Below, one piece after another: positions 1 through 10,880 of a stretch of 64,000 bases of DNA. Under the pieces are notes generated by a model that did no database searches, was not told the origin of the DNA, and worked only from the letters and a program-made list of their open reading frames with translations. Origin of the DNA: Octopus bimaculoides. Taxonomy: Eukaryota. Made by a program: the position numbers and the translations under genes. The stretch is from NCBI RefSeq assembly GCF_001194135.2, contig NC_069001.1, positions 32,617,539-32,681,538 of the forward strand. Direction: 5' to 3'. Position 1 is the first letter of the stretch, and each line of letters opens with the position of its first letter.

Positions 1-21
<21 letters not shown>

Positions 22-31
<10 letters not shown>

Positions 32-190
32 TTGTATATATGTCTATGTATATATAAAGTTTGTATATATGTCTATGTATATATAAAGTTTGTATATATG
101 TCTATGTATATATAAAGTTTGTATATATGTCTATATATATGTCTATGTCTATATATATATATAATGTTTGTATATATGTCTATATATACA
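22..190. repeat. 29-bp minisatellite (tatataaagtttgtatatatgtctatgta)x4 plus degenerate copies, next to (TA)n
   Basis: aaag anchor recurs at 27, 56, 85 and 114 (29-bp period). Confidence 0.9.
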
Positions 191-833
191 AAAAATTGAA
201 ATGAAATGATCAAAATGCCAGCTGCTCTAAATACAATTTTTTTCTCTGAACATTCCTAATATTGTCAAATAAATTAGTCAGATCTCAGTGTTAAGCAATT
301 AAACAGTTTCAATTGAGTTGGATCAGTAGTCATTACACTTCGTACTTATCTTTTATCATTTACTTCTTTTGGTCATTAGACTGTGGTCATACTGGAGCAC
401 CCCTTGAAAGGTGACCTCAGTACTTATTTTTTAAACCCGGTACTTATTCTATTGGTCTCATTTTCTGAGCCATTAAGTTACAGGGATGTAAACAAACCAA
501 CAGTTGTTGTCAGATACAAAGACACATGCATGATGGGCATCTTTCAGTTTCCATCTACCAAATCCACTCTCAAGGCTTTGGTTAGTTTGGTGCTATTGTA
601 GAAGACACTTGCTGAAGCTGTTACCCAGCAGGACTGAACCTAGAACCAAATGGTTGGGAAGGAAATATCTTAACTCCTGACTTGCCAAAAAATGTTTCCT
701 TCCCAACTGTACAGTTTCTTTTTCAGACCCTCTATGTGGATCCTTGAGCAAATGTCTTCTAGTACAGCCCCAGGCTGGACAAAGCCTTGTGAGTGGAATT
801 GATAAAATGAAAATTAAAACAAGCATGCAATTA

Positions 834-881
<48 letters not shown>

Positions 882-2369
882 CTTTTCATCTTGACTGCAC
901 ATGGTTGTTGTAAACCAGTGTCACCATCATATAAGCAATATCATTTGTTTCCAGCTATCCTGTCATGGGGAAATATTTCTTTGCTTTCAAACAGGTGAGG
1001 GTTGATAACAGGAAAGGCATCCCAGCTGTATAAAATCGGTCTCAGTGAATTCCATCTGACCCATGCAAGCATGGGAAAGTGAACATTAAAACGATTATGA
1101 TTATAATGATCATGATGACGAGAGCATGTTAAATCTAAACAAATGCAAATACTTTCATTTCATTGAACTTTTGGTATTTTATGAGTAGGTCTGGTGGAAA
1201 CATTCATGTGATAGGATCTTTCTTAGCTTTTGACCTCTTACGAACCATCATACTTGAAACTCATGAGTCAATTCTTTGCAGCATGCATTAAAGGAGACTA
1301 CATCAATCTATTTGAGAGTTTTCCCCTCTTTCTGTTTATCATGAAATCCACTTTAGAGTAACTGTATCCAATCCCCACTTTGTGTATAGTAGAATACATT
1401 GAAAATAGCCCAGACCGAACTTCTGCATTATGCTATCTTTGAACATTCTCTGCTCCACTCCCACCCTATCTTCAGAGAAAACTGGCATTTTTGTGTGAGA
1501 ACTAATATGGGTGTTGCCGACTGCATTAAAGAATGAGCATAAAATAAACTGATAAATGTTTGGCATGGAAAAATAGCGATATAAGTTAGCATTATGTAAT
1601 ATGGTTTACTATAGAGCTGTTTTTTTTTTTTAATGAAATTTTATTTCTTAATACTAAATTTATATTGATGACACACACACACACACANNNNNNNNNNNNN
1701 NNNNNNNNNNNNNNNNNNNNNNCTCTTGTGTCTATATATACATACACTTTTATTTATATATATATGTGCGTGCGTATCAATAGAAATTTGGTATGAAAAA
1801 ATTGATTTCATAAATATACACGTTTGTGTATACATATATATATCATTGTTTTAATGTGCACTTTTTACTTTTTGTCATTTTTGTTTTAATTTGATGATTT
1901 CAAAATAGAGCAATCTTCCATACATAAGAGCTGTAAGACATAGCCCCTGGCTAGATTCTTAACCATTGTCTTTGTAAATATCTCACAATAACCTATTTAG
2001 TGTTTGCTTCCTGTTCCCTTACAACTTTATCATTCTGTAACGGTATTGATTTTCAGCTTCACTATTATTTTCTAAGGTTAAATTTTTAAACAGTTGTTGC
2101 ATCGCCTAAATTAAAGGTAAAGTTAAACTGATGGAATTTTTTGAAAAAAAAAAAAAAAAATTATCATGCAATATTGTTTCATAACAGGGTTGAGATGACT
2201 AGTGATGATTTAGAAGTTCTCTTTTTTTTTTTTTTTTTCAGTTTCTGATAATCTCACCATTTGAGTTTCTCTAAATTTTACTCGAGAATAATTCCATATT
2301 TCAGACTATTTGCAATCCTGTTTTTCATCTATCTCTTGGTTGAAATAAAATTATTGCTTTCAATTTCAG

Positions 2370-2451
2370 ATTCAATATGAAACTGGCAGTCCTAATCTCC
2401 CTCATGAAGGTTTTTCCGATACACATGTTGGTGCCACTGGTTACAATGACA
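2370..2451 (+). CDS. EPN: Epsin internal exon (post-ENTH linker), IQYETGSPNLPHEGFSDTHVGATGYND
   Basis: ttcAG acceptor at 2368-2369, GTAAGT donor at 2452; open in phase 0 and ends in phase 1, matching the UIM exon at 7533. Confidence 0.7.
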
Positions 2452-2972
2452 GTAAGTAAAAACCAATACTTTGAATTATTTCATACATGGTTTCACAGAA
2501 TCACCTGGTACTGGGTGTCTCTAGTTAGTTCACTTTGTTGAACTCGTTTATACCAGGTCTCTAACCTGAGGATAATTTCCTCCAGTCTTGAAAGCCATAA
2601 CAAATGTCAATGCTGCTATGCACAAGCGTGGCTATGTGGTTAAGGAGTTCACTTTGCAACTACATGGTTTCAAGTTCAGTCCCATTGTGCAGCAATATCC
2701 TTTTTCTGGTAGCAGCATGTCTATACCAGTAATTGAATCTAACTTTCCAAGGACAAGTTCTAGCTGCATTGCAAGTGGTATTATATTGACAAATGTTAGT
2801 CAGTTCATTGTTTAATTCAATTTCTTCTAGAAATAGGGAAAACTGTCTGCGGTGGACTAGTTTATCAAGACTAAACATTTATCTCAACTTAGTAGTTGCG
2901 TGGTGGATTGAGAAAAGTAAAAGATTTATTCTCTTCAGTTATTACAGTTGTTGATTGATAGACAATTTCCTT

Positions 2973-3213
2973 GCAGTAAATAGGAAACTGTTTCATGAGA
3001 TAAGGGCCAAGCAACTGAGATTTCTTGGTCATGTGATGAGGAAAGAGGACCTGGAGGATTTAGTGATGGCTGGAAAGCTTGAAGGGAAAAGAAGCAGAGG
3101 AAGGAGAAGGATGATATGAATGTCAAGGTTGATGAGATGGTTGGAAGAAAGAGGTGTGGTGGGAGATGATCACCTATGTCATACATTCTGGGCATGGCAA
3201 CTAAAGAGAGAGA
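2973..3213 (+). mobile_element. RTE-clade LINE ORF 3' fragment
   Basis: Translates as AVNRKLFHEIRAKQLRFLGHVMRKEDLEDLVMAGKLEGKRSRGRRR, the typical RTE C-terminal motif (LRFLGHVMR...GKIEGKR.RGRPR). Confidence 0.8.
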
Positions 3214-4712
3214 GGGAGGGAGAGAGAAGTTTAGGCATAACTTAGAAAATATTTACTTAAGACCAGACAATGTTGGTGCTGGTGATGATGGCAGCTGTGT
3301 TGGTGTTGGTGATAACGATATATTGAAATTACCAATGATGTTTACTTATAGCAGTATTTTTGACTAAAGAATTCACGTAGAAGAGAAGCCTTTAGATTGA
3401 ATTTAGTCATAAATAATGTAACGGGTAAAGACCTCTTTCAGTCATTAACGACCATAGGATTGCACCTAGAAAGTTACCCTCTGAGGCACAAGTCCGGGCA
3501 AGATTGTTTATGGAAGACCAGCAGTCACCCATGCATACCAGCCTCTCTTCTCCACGTCACCAATGTTATCCAAGGGAAAGGCAAAGACTGAGTGAACTGG
3601 AGCAACGTGAAATAAAGTGTCTTGCTCAAGAACACAGCACACAGCCCAGTTCGGGAATTGAACTCACTACCTCATGATTGTGAGCTTGATACTCTAACCA
3701 CTGAGCCATGCACCTTCATAATGTAAAAATTCTTGAAATACCATGGCACAGATATTTAACTGTTGGTGGAATGGTTATTATGAAAATTTCAAAATGTGTG
3801 GTCAATTGGTTGAAAGTTAATGGAGTAGTAGCAGCCTTGTCAACTCTGATGTTTTAGGGGTGTGGTCATCTTGAATTGAAGTTCAGTTAGAAATTTGTAG
3901 GATCTTTAAAAGTTGCTGACAGAAACTTAAAAAATTAAATTATAAAATTGGTATAATATAGAATTAGTGGCCAAGTGGTGTGATTTCACTTGAAAGCAAA
4001 ACAGCAAGTTGTTGATAGACTGAGAAAAATATGAGAGATTTCAGTTCTTTGTAGATTCTTGGGATTTGAACTGGAAGTTGACTAACCATTTTGCAGGCTT
4101 CAGACAAAAATTCTCTTTGAACTGTTTCTCACTTCATCTCTCTCTCTCTCTCTCTATTTTTGTCTCCTACTATTGCCTACTTGTTCTCTATCTCTCTTTC
4201 TCTCTCCTATTTTTGTTCACTTGTTCACTCCTTTCTCTCTCTCATTCTCCATCATTTTCACTTATTCATTCTCTCTCTCTCTCTCTCTATCTTACACGCA
4301 CACTCAGTATCCTTCTTGTTAAGTATGGTACTTGGTTTCCTCATTAGTGCTCCATAAACTGGGATTATTTGAAGATACTAATTGGCAAATGTATTACCAT
4401 TAGTGGCTTGTTTGTAGGAAATCCCTACTATGTAGGAGGATGAAAACTATTTGACAGCTCATCATTTAATGAGGCTTTTGTATTACTTTCTATTTCCTAT
4501 CCATCATGACAAGCTTTTATTCAAATGACATCCTTTGGAAAGGCCTTAATTAATGTTTGTTTAAACCAAGGACTGTGTGGAACATTACCTGAGACAGGCA
4601 ACCTGTTGTACTACTCACCCCTGCATACAACACAGAGGTCTCATAACTATTTCAATATCAGTAATTTTGTGTTGTCCTTAAGGCAAGTGGGTTACACTGT
4701 TTTCCCCTGCAG

Positions 4713-4760
4713 AAGAAGATACAAATAAAAACCGTAAAATAAAACTCAAAGCTACCACTT
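4713..4760 (+). CDS. EPN: Candidate 48-nt symmetric cassette exon of epsin (KEDTNKNRKIKLKATT)
   Basis: ctgtttttcccctgcAG acceptor and GTAAGT donor at 4761; length 3n, open in the phase 1 required between exons 2451 and 7533. Confidence 0.55.
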
Positions 4761-5078
4761 GTAAGTGAACATAACATGGTTGTGTGCAACACACTTTTGC
4801 TAACTGGTTTTAGGTGCCGATGTAGTCAGTCACAAGCAGACCTTGAAAATACATCGTTCAAACTCTATTTAATACCTGACCATCCTGTATGTGTGTGCTA
4901 TAGTCTCCTTGCTTTGGCTTCATGTGATGGTTGTAAATGAGTACCAGTCTTGTCAACAGCATCCTTCATTTCCAATTTTCCATGAAAAAAAATGTCGAGT
5001 TACAGGGAAACGTGACTCAAAAATACCATCAGAAAAGATAGGCACGCAGCATAGGTTTACAATGTAGAAACAAACTTC

Positions 5079-5657
5079 GGATCTTTTTTAAAACGGGGGC
5101 CACATTTTTCATTAATGTTTTACGTAGTGTTTTTGGTACCGAAAGACTTTCAAACTTCGTATACTTATCTATTTTGTGTTATAGAACAGAAAAATATTTT
5201 TGTATTCGAATTTATTTCATGTAAAAGATTGTCTTATTTCGATAATTTCAACCAATCACTGACGTCCACTCAGCCGATATACATTAAGTGCCGACTACAT
5301 AAACAAACGATTCTTCGTTTTATTTGCTTTTTTCATTTTAAATTTGCTTTAACCCTAACCCTAAGCCTAAGCCTAACCCTAACCCTAACTCTAACCCTAG
5401 GGTTAGGGTTAGGGTTAATTGTTTCAGAATCGTTTGTTTATGTAGTCGGCACTTAATGTATATCGGCTGAATGGACGTCAGTGATTGGTTGAAATTACAG
5501 AAATACGACAACTTTAACATGGAATAATTTATGGATTTCTTTTTTTTTTAAGAAGACTAAGAGAAAAAGATGTTTTATATGACACATTCTACCAGTGTTC
5601 CAAGTTTCAAAGTGTTTCGTTAATGAAAAATGTGGCCCCCGTTTTAAAAAAAGATCC
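5079..5657. mobile_element. Foldback MITE with 37/38-bp TIRs, 8-bp TSD (caaacttc) and a telomeric-repeat core; Merlin- or hAT-like
   Basis: TIR ggatcttttttaaaacgggggccacatttttcattaa at 5079-5115 and its reverse complement at 5620-5657; TSD at 5071-5078 and 5658-5665; inner 72-bp inverted repeat at 5243-5314 and 5426-5497. Confidence 0.9.
5350..5417. repeat. Interstitial telomeric repeats (CCCTAA-type)x8 abutting (TTAGGG)x3
   Basis: taaccctaaccctaagcctaagcctaaccctaaccctaactctaaccctagggttagggttagggtta read directly. Confidence 0.9.
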
Positions 5658-7532
5658 CAAACTTCATCTTACAGCTGTGCCTACAGTTATATCTTGGCAA
5701 TACTAACATTGTCATTTGGTATACTTTAATTTTTCTCTTTTTAAATCTTTGGGTTGTATATAAACTGTGAGCTTTTTTGATTATTTTCTTTTTATTTAAT
5801 CGAAATATTTTAATGTAAAAATATTATTACGTAGACAAACAGCTGTTAAGTGAGAGAGTGTTTAATGATTCAGTTTTGTTGACTAAGACACATTAAAGTA
5901 ATGAGTATGATCTAAATGTGCGGGTGGTATGAAGTACAGATGAGGTTAGTGACTGAGACTCCTTAAAAACACTTATCATTTTGCCTCTTAATTACCTCTT
6001 TGTGTGTGTGAATTTAAATGTATTTTGCGTTCTGTATGTGTGTATATCTGTACTCACACCTCTTTTTTTATTTTTTGTATTTTCTGTTATTTGTCACTCA
6101 AACATAAATTAAAGGCTTTTTTTTTTTTGTACTTGTTGCAATCATTAGATTGTGGCCATGCTGGGGCACTGTGCCTTGAAAGGTTTTAGTTGAATGAATT
6201 GCCCCAGATCTTTTCCTTTTTCAGTCTGGCACTTATTCTATCGGTCTCTCTTGCTGAACCATTAAGTTACAGGGATGTAAACAAACTAATAGTGGTTGTC
6301 AGGCAATAATGGGGGACAAGCACATACACAAAACACACACACACAACAGACTTTTTTCTAGTTTCCATCTTCAAAATCCACTCACAAGGCTTTAGTCAGC
6401 TTAGGTTCACTCAAACATAAATTCTTTTCTGCTCTAGGCACAAGGCCCCAAATCTTTTTTTGGGGTTGCGAGGGGGAGTTGATTAGATTTACCCCAGTAC
6501 GCAACTGGTACTTAATTTATCAATCCTGAAAGGATGGAAGGCAAGGTCGACCTCAGTGGAATTTGAACTCAGAACGTGAAGACAGGCAAAATACCACTAA
6601 GCATTTTGCCCGGTGTGCTAACGTTTCTGCCAGCACCCTGCCTTCACTCAAACATAAATTAGAGGCTTTCTATAAATTCCAGATATTTGTAGAAATTATT
6701 GCCCATCTCAATAGTATCTGCATAATCGTTTGATACTCAAACTAATATGATTCTGGGTATGAAAGCAAGTGGTTGGCAGAACTGATAGGACATTAGACGC
6801 AATATCTTGGGATATATAACTCTTTTCACATTCTGAAAACAGATCCTGCTTGAATTTGACTGTCTTCCTTCCAGGGTTGATAAAATAAGTACCAGTGAAA
6901 TACCAGTGTCAATTTGAAGCATTTCATAAGTAGCATTTTTATCCAGCATTTCATAAGTAGCGTTTTTGTGTTAAACAAAGCTTTAATGCATCATGACCTT
7001 CCAAATTCTCTTCATATGCTAACTGCATTCTGCAAACTAGTCCGTAGTGACAAGCAGTGTTTAATAGTGAGTGTTCAAAGTGCTGTTATAGTTATTTCCT
7101 TCAATCCAGAATAACAAAAGTTGGCAGGTCAGCTTATTAGATGCATAGTAATGATATACTAAGATTACAATAACCTAAGGCAGTCATGACTGCTTCTCTT
7201 AAAAAGAAGTCCAAAGCTTTTGGAATGCATCTCATACGTACAATTTATATATTGATATATACACATGTACACACAACAAAATAGGCTTCTTTCAGTTTCA
7301 CTCACTAAGGTTTGGTTAGCTTGAGGCTGAAGGAGAAGATACTTGCTCAAGGTGCCACACAGTGGGACTGAGTTCAGGACCACACAGTCGGGAAACACAC
7401 TTCTTCACCATATTGCCACACCTGTGCCGATTTATTATTGGTTAATGCTTGTACGAGTCTCAAAATTTGTGTATGAACTTTTATTCATCTTCTCATCTAT
7501 ATTCACCATTTCTTGTTATTCTCTGTTAACAG

Positions 7533-7732
7533 ATTCTCCTACTCAGCGTCGGAGATTGTCTTCAGATCTGGAATCTGCCCGTCCGTCGTCTCTGGGAGAG
7601 GAGGAGCTGCAACTTCAGTTAGCATTAGCTATGAGTAAAGAAGAACACGAAGAAGAACTTAAAAAACAGAAAAACGATGACATCAAACTGGCTATGGCAA
7701 TAGAACAAAGTAAACAAGATAACAGTGACGAG
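7533..7732 (+). CDS. EPN: Epsin exon encoding two ubiquitin-interacting motifs (UIMs)
   Basis: SPTQRRRLSSDLESARPSSLGEEELQLQLALAMSKEEHEEELKKQKNDDIKLAMAIEQSKQDNSDE matches the epsin signature ARP..GEEELQLQLALAMSKEE...DD..L..AIE.S; acceptor aacAG at 7532, donor GTTTGT at 7733; phase 1 to 0. Confidence 0.95.
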
Positions 7733-8460
7733 GTTTGTTGTTTTACAACTGAACTGATTGGTTCAGAAGAATTTTTGTTTCTCAATATTGTAATCTTCCA
7801 AACCTTGGTCACAATTTATGTTCCTAACACTAGCTTAATGATAACTAAGCTATTTTACTAAATTCTTTGTTATATTTAAAATTAATTGAAAGAAACATAG
7901 AGCATCTCAACAGAAATATGGTAACAAAAGGGTTAAACATTGATGATGTATATCCTAAGTAAACTAAATTCTCATTGTTAATACATTTGACACCAACTTG
8001 CCTGAGAATAACCTTGGTTCTGTGATACCAACTTCCTGTTTTAAGGTGATAAATTAACTCTATCTACACCACAGATGCATTTCAGCATCTTTGGGATTTT
8101 GTGGCTCATTTATCTGCCACTGGGATTTCACATGGTGTTAAAACCTTTCATTAAAGATTCATGTTAATTAATATTTAAAACACCAGCTTATTCAGATTAT
8201 TCAGTCAAATGTAATGCCTTTTCACTCATTGTTTTTTAATTAATCGTGCATTATCTTGTAACTTGAAAATTTTGATGATGTTTACTGTATATTTTTAGAA
8301 TAACACTGAAGGTGTGTGATCGATTGGATATGGTTGAACTGAAGATAAAACATCATTTTTTGGCCGGATGTGGCCGTTTTAAAATGCTAATGGCTTAACC
8401 ACTGTCATTTTACTAAAGTCTTCGTTATTTTAGAAATTGAAACACAGGCGGTGTATTTAA

Positions 8461-8680
8461 CCCTTTAGCATTTAAACTGGCTATATCCAGCCAAAATAAT
8501 CTATCTGCTTTATCTTCAAACTGGCCAAATCCAGCTTCTCACACTCACCCTACAATATTATTCTAAAAATAAACAATCATGTCATTGAAAGCTCAAAGCT
8601 ACAAGGTAAGGCATGACTAATTCATAGCAATGTGAATAAATAAGCATTACATTTGACTGAGAAATCTGGACGCTAAAGGG
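8461..8680. mobile_element. piggyBac-like MITE (TTAA-CCCTTTAGC...GCTAAAGGG-TTAA)
   Basis: TIRs flanked by TTAA on both sides; related copies near 8190-8400, 22981-23390, 44800-45002 and 62394-62976. Confidence 0.8.
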
Positions 8681-8984
8681 TTAAACAAAAATAAAGAAAA
8701 GGGACTGTTATAATCTAGCATGTCATGTCTTTATTTGCTAACTAGACACTAATGGACCCCACGAGGTTCATTTTAGTTTGTCTAATCAAAGCAGTTGTTC
8801 ACTATGATATTATCCGATGTCTTTCATTTTTCATAGATGATGATAATGTAGAGTTTGAGGCAGGGATTTGACTATTATTTCTAACAGGTCATACAACTAT
8901 ATGCATGCATGTTTGTATGTATATTAGAAAGACTCATACACACATTTGCATTTCATTTTTTAAAATTTTACTTTTCTATTTTAG

Positions 8985-9327
8985 CCTGGAACTCAAAGTG
9001 GGAATAGATTGGCTGACAGTTTTGAAACGGGAACAATGAATGCTAACCACGGGACCACAACAGACCCTTGGGGAGTTCCCTTGCCACAAACAGCTTCTAT
9101 GTCAGATCCTTGGGGTGGTGCTGGTGCTGGTAGTAGTATGTCTTCACCCCGGGCAGGTAGAAGAGAGACAACGACCACGACGACAGCCTCTGCATGGGAA
9201 TCTCCTGTGGCCCTGAATCCCTCATCTAACTTGCAAGCACGTGCTCAGACACCAATAACCACCGATCCTTGGGGCGTACCAATTAGTAGTCCTGAAAGGT
9301 CAACACCACAATCCATTTCTACTCCAA
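8985..9327 (+). CDS. EPN: Epsin exon with three DPW (AP-2-binding) motifs
   Basis: PGTQSGNRLADSFETG...TDPWG...SDPWG...TDPWG...ISTP; acceptor ttttAG at 8984, donor GTAAGT at 9328; phase 0 to 1. Confidence 0.92.
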
Positions 9328-9487
9328 GTAAGTACAGAAATAAATATATACATATATATACACCTATCGATGTATATTTTTATACACTCAAGAATTCCAA
9401 TTACTATTCGCAGTCTTTTATTTAATTTTAAACATTGTGATAGAATAATGTTAACCATGCTCATTCTAGATTTAATTGGATATTTAA

Positions 9488-10397
9488 CACTTTGCCTACC
9501 AAATCCGTTTTGCACCACACTTTCTTCAGGAAGGCACGTGGCTTAGTGGTTAGGTTCTTCGGTTTACAATCGTAAGGTCGTGAGTTCAATTCCTGGAGGT
9601 GTGTTGTATCCTTGAGCAAGACACTTTATTTTATGTTGTTCCAGTCCACTCAGCTGACAAAAATGACACGTTCGTTGTCATGCTGGATTTCCTTGAGAAC
9701 TACCTTAAGGGGACATCTGTCTGTGGAGTGCTCAGCCACTTACACATTAATTTAATGAGCAAGCTGTTCTGTTGATCGGATCAACTGGGACCCTCATTGT
9801 GATAACCAAGAGAATGCCAGGCAGGCGGGTTCTTTTGCACAGGCATCTAATCTTGTTATAAATTATGCATTTTATTTTTTGTAATCATATGTTCTAGTTC
9901 ACCACATTGATTTTTAGCAAGAGTATCACTGGTGGCTAACATGGTACAGAGCAAATATTATATCCATTCTGTACTGTGGGAGTTGCCAGTAATGCACGTT
10001 TAAGACTTAAAATATCCATCACACCTCCATTTATGGATTTTGTTTTCATTTATTTATGATATTTTCTCTATAGATTAAAACTCTTATTTAATTATATAAG
10101 CTTTAATGCTTTCATTTTCACAAAAATTATTTGATTGTGAGCAACATTGCAATGATGGAGATAACAGTGACTCATACCTTTCTGATATCTGTGTTTTTGT
10201 ACATTTTGTAAAGTTCAAATAATGTAGTTTGAAGCACAGTAATGTGAGGTTCCATAAAAGAGACCTCACTGTTGGGAGTCACTAGTGACTCTCACACTAG
10301 ATTAAGAATATAGCCTGAGGTATCGCTAGTGACTCCCATGGTTTATTAAAGAATATAGTATGGTGAGTCACTGGTAATTTCCATGGTATGCAAAGTG
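9488..10397. mobile_element. TTAA-flanked TIR element (cactttgc[c/a]tacc) with a nested tRNA-derived SINE at about 9534-9820
   Basis: atttaacactttgcctacc (9482-9500) versus the reverse complement of ggtatgcaaagtgttaaat (10385-10403), 18/19 identical. Confidence 0.7.
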
Positions 10398-10494
10398 TTA
10401 AATGTTTGTTTTAATGTGAAATCTAAATTTTGAATATCACAGTTCAAGTGTTTCCGTTTCATTTTGTAGTACTAGCAAATCATCTGATTTATTA

Positions 10495-10880
10495 TTATTT
10501 CATATACACTTAACAAATGAGACTGTTGGAAAAGAAACATTTCTAATATCAGGCTACAACAAGTAACCTTAGATGCCAAGAACCCTCCTAAGTATCTTAG
10601 CTGTCCCTAATAACACTTTTTCTGGAGCTGTTCTAAACTGGGTTTTATAAATATTTCCTCTATCCATCTATTCAAATCTTTAGGGATAGTTCCTACAACT
10701 ACAAGGATACATTTTACCCACACTTTCCATAGTCCCTGTAACTCAATGGCTGGGTCCTGGTACTTTGCTAGTTTTTCTCTATACCTCTCACATTGACTTT
10801 TCTCGTCATTTGGGATTGTAAAGTCAATTATCTGACACTTTCTATTCTCTTTATCGATTACTACTACTAAATCAGGCCTT
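10495..10880 (-). mobile_element. R4/Dong-clade non-LTR retrotransposon 3' fragment (restriction-like endonuclease domain)
   Basis: Minus strand translates as RPDLVVVIDKENRKCQIIDFTIPND...EKLAKYQDPAIELQGLWK...VVVG (PD..D..K RLE motif); ends in an (AAT)n tail near 10495. Confidence 0.8.

Noticed and set aside
2242-2300. Strong poly-T acceptor at 2241 upstream of the 2370 exon
   Set aside because: All three frames stop within 11 codons and there is no matching donor
5350-5417. Interpretation as a chromosome-fusion scar or true telomere
   Set aside because: Orientation is opposite to an end-to-end fusion, the tract is short, and it sits inside a TSD-flanked element
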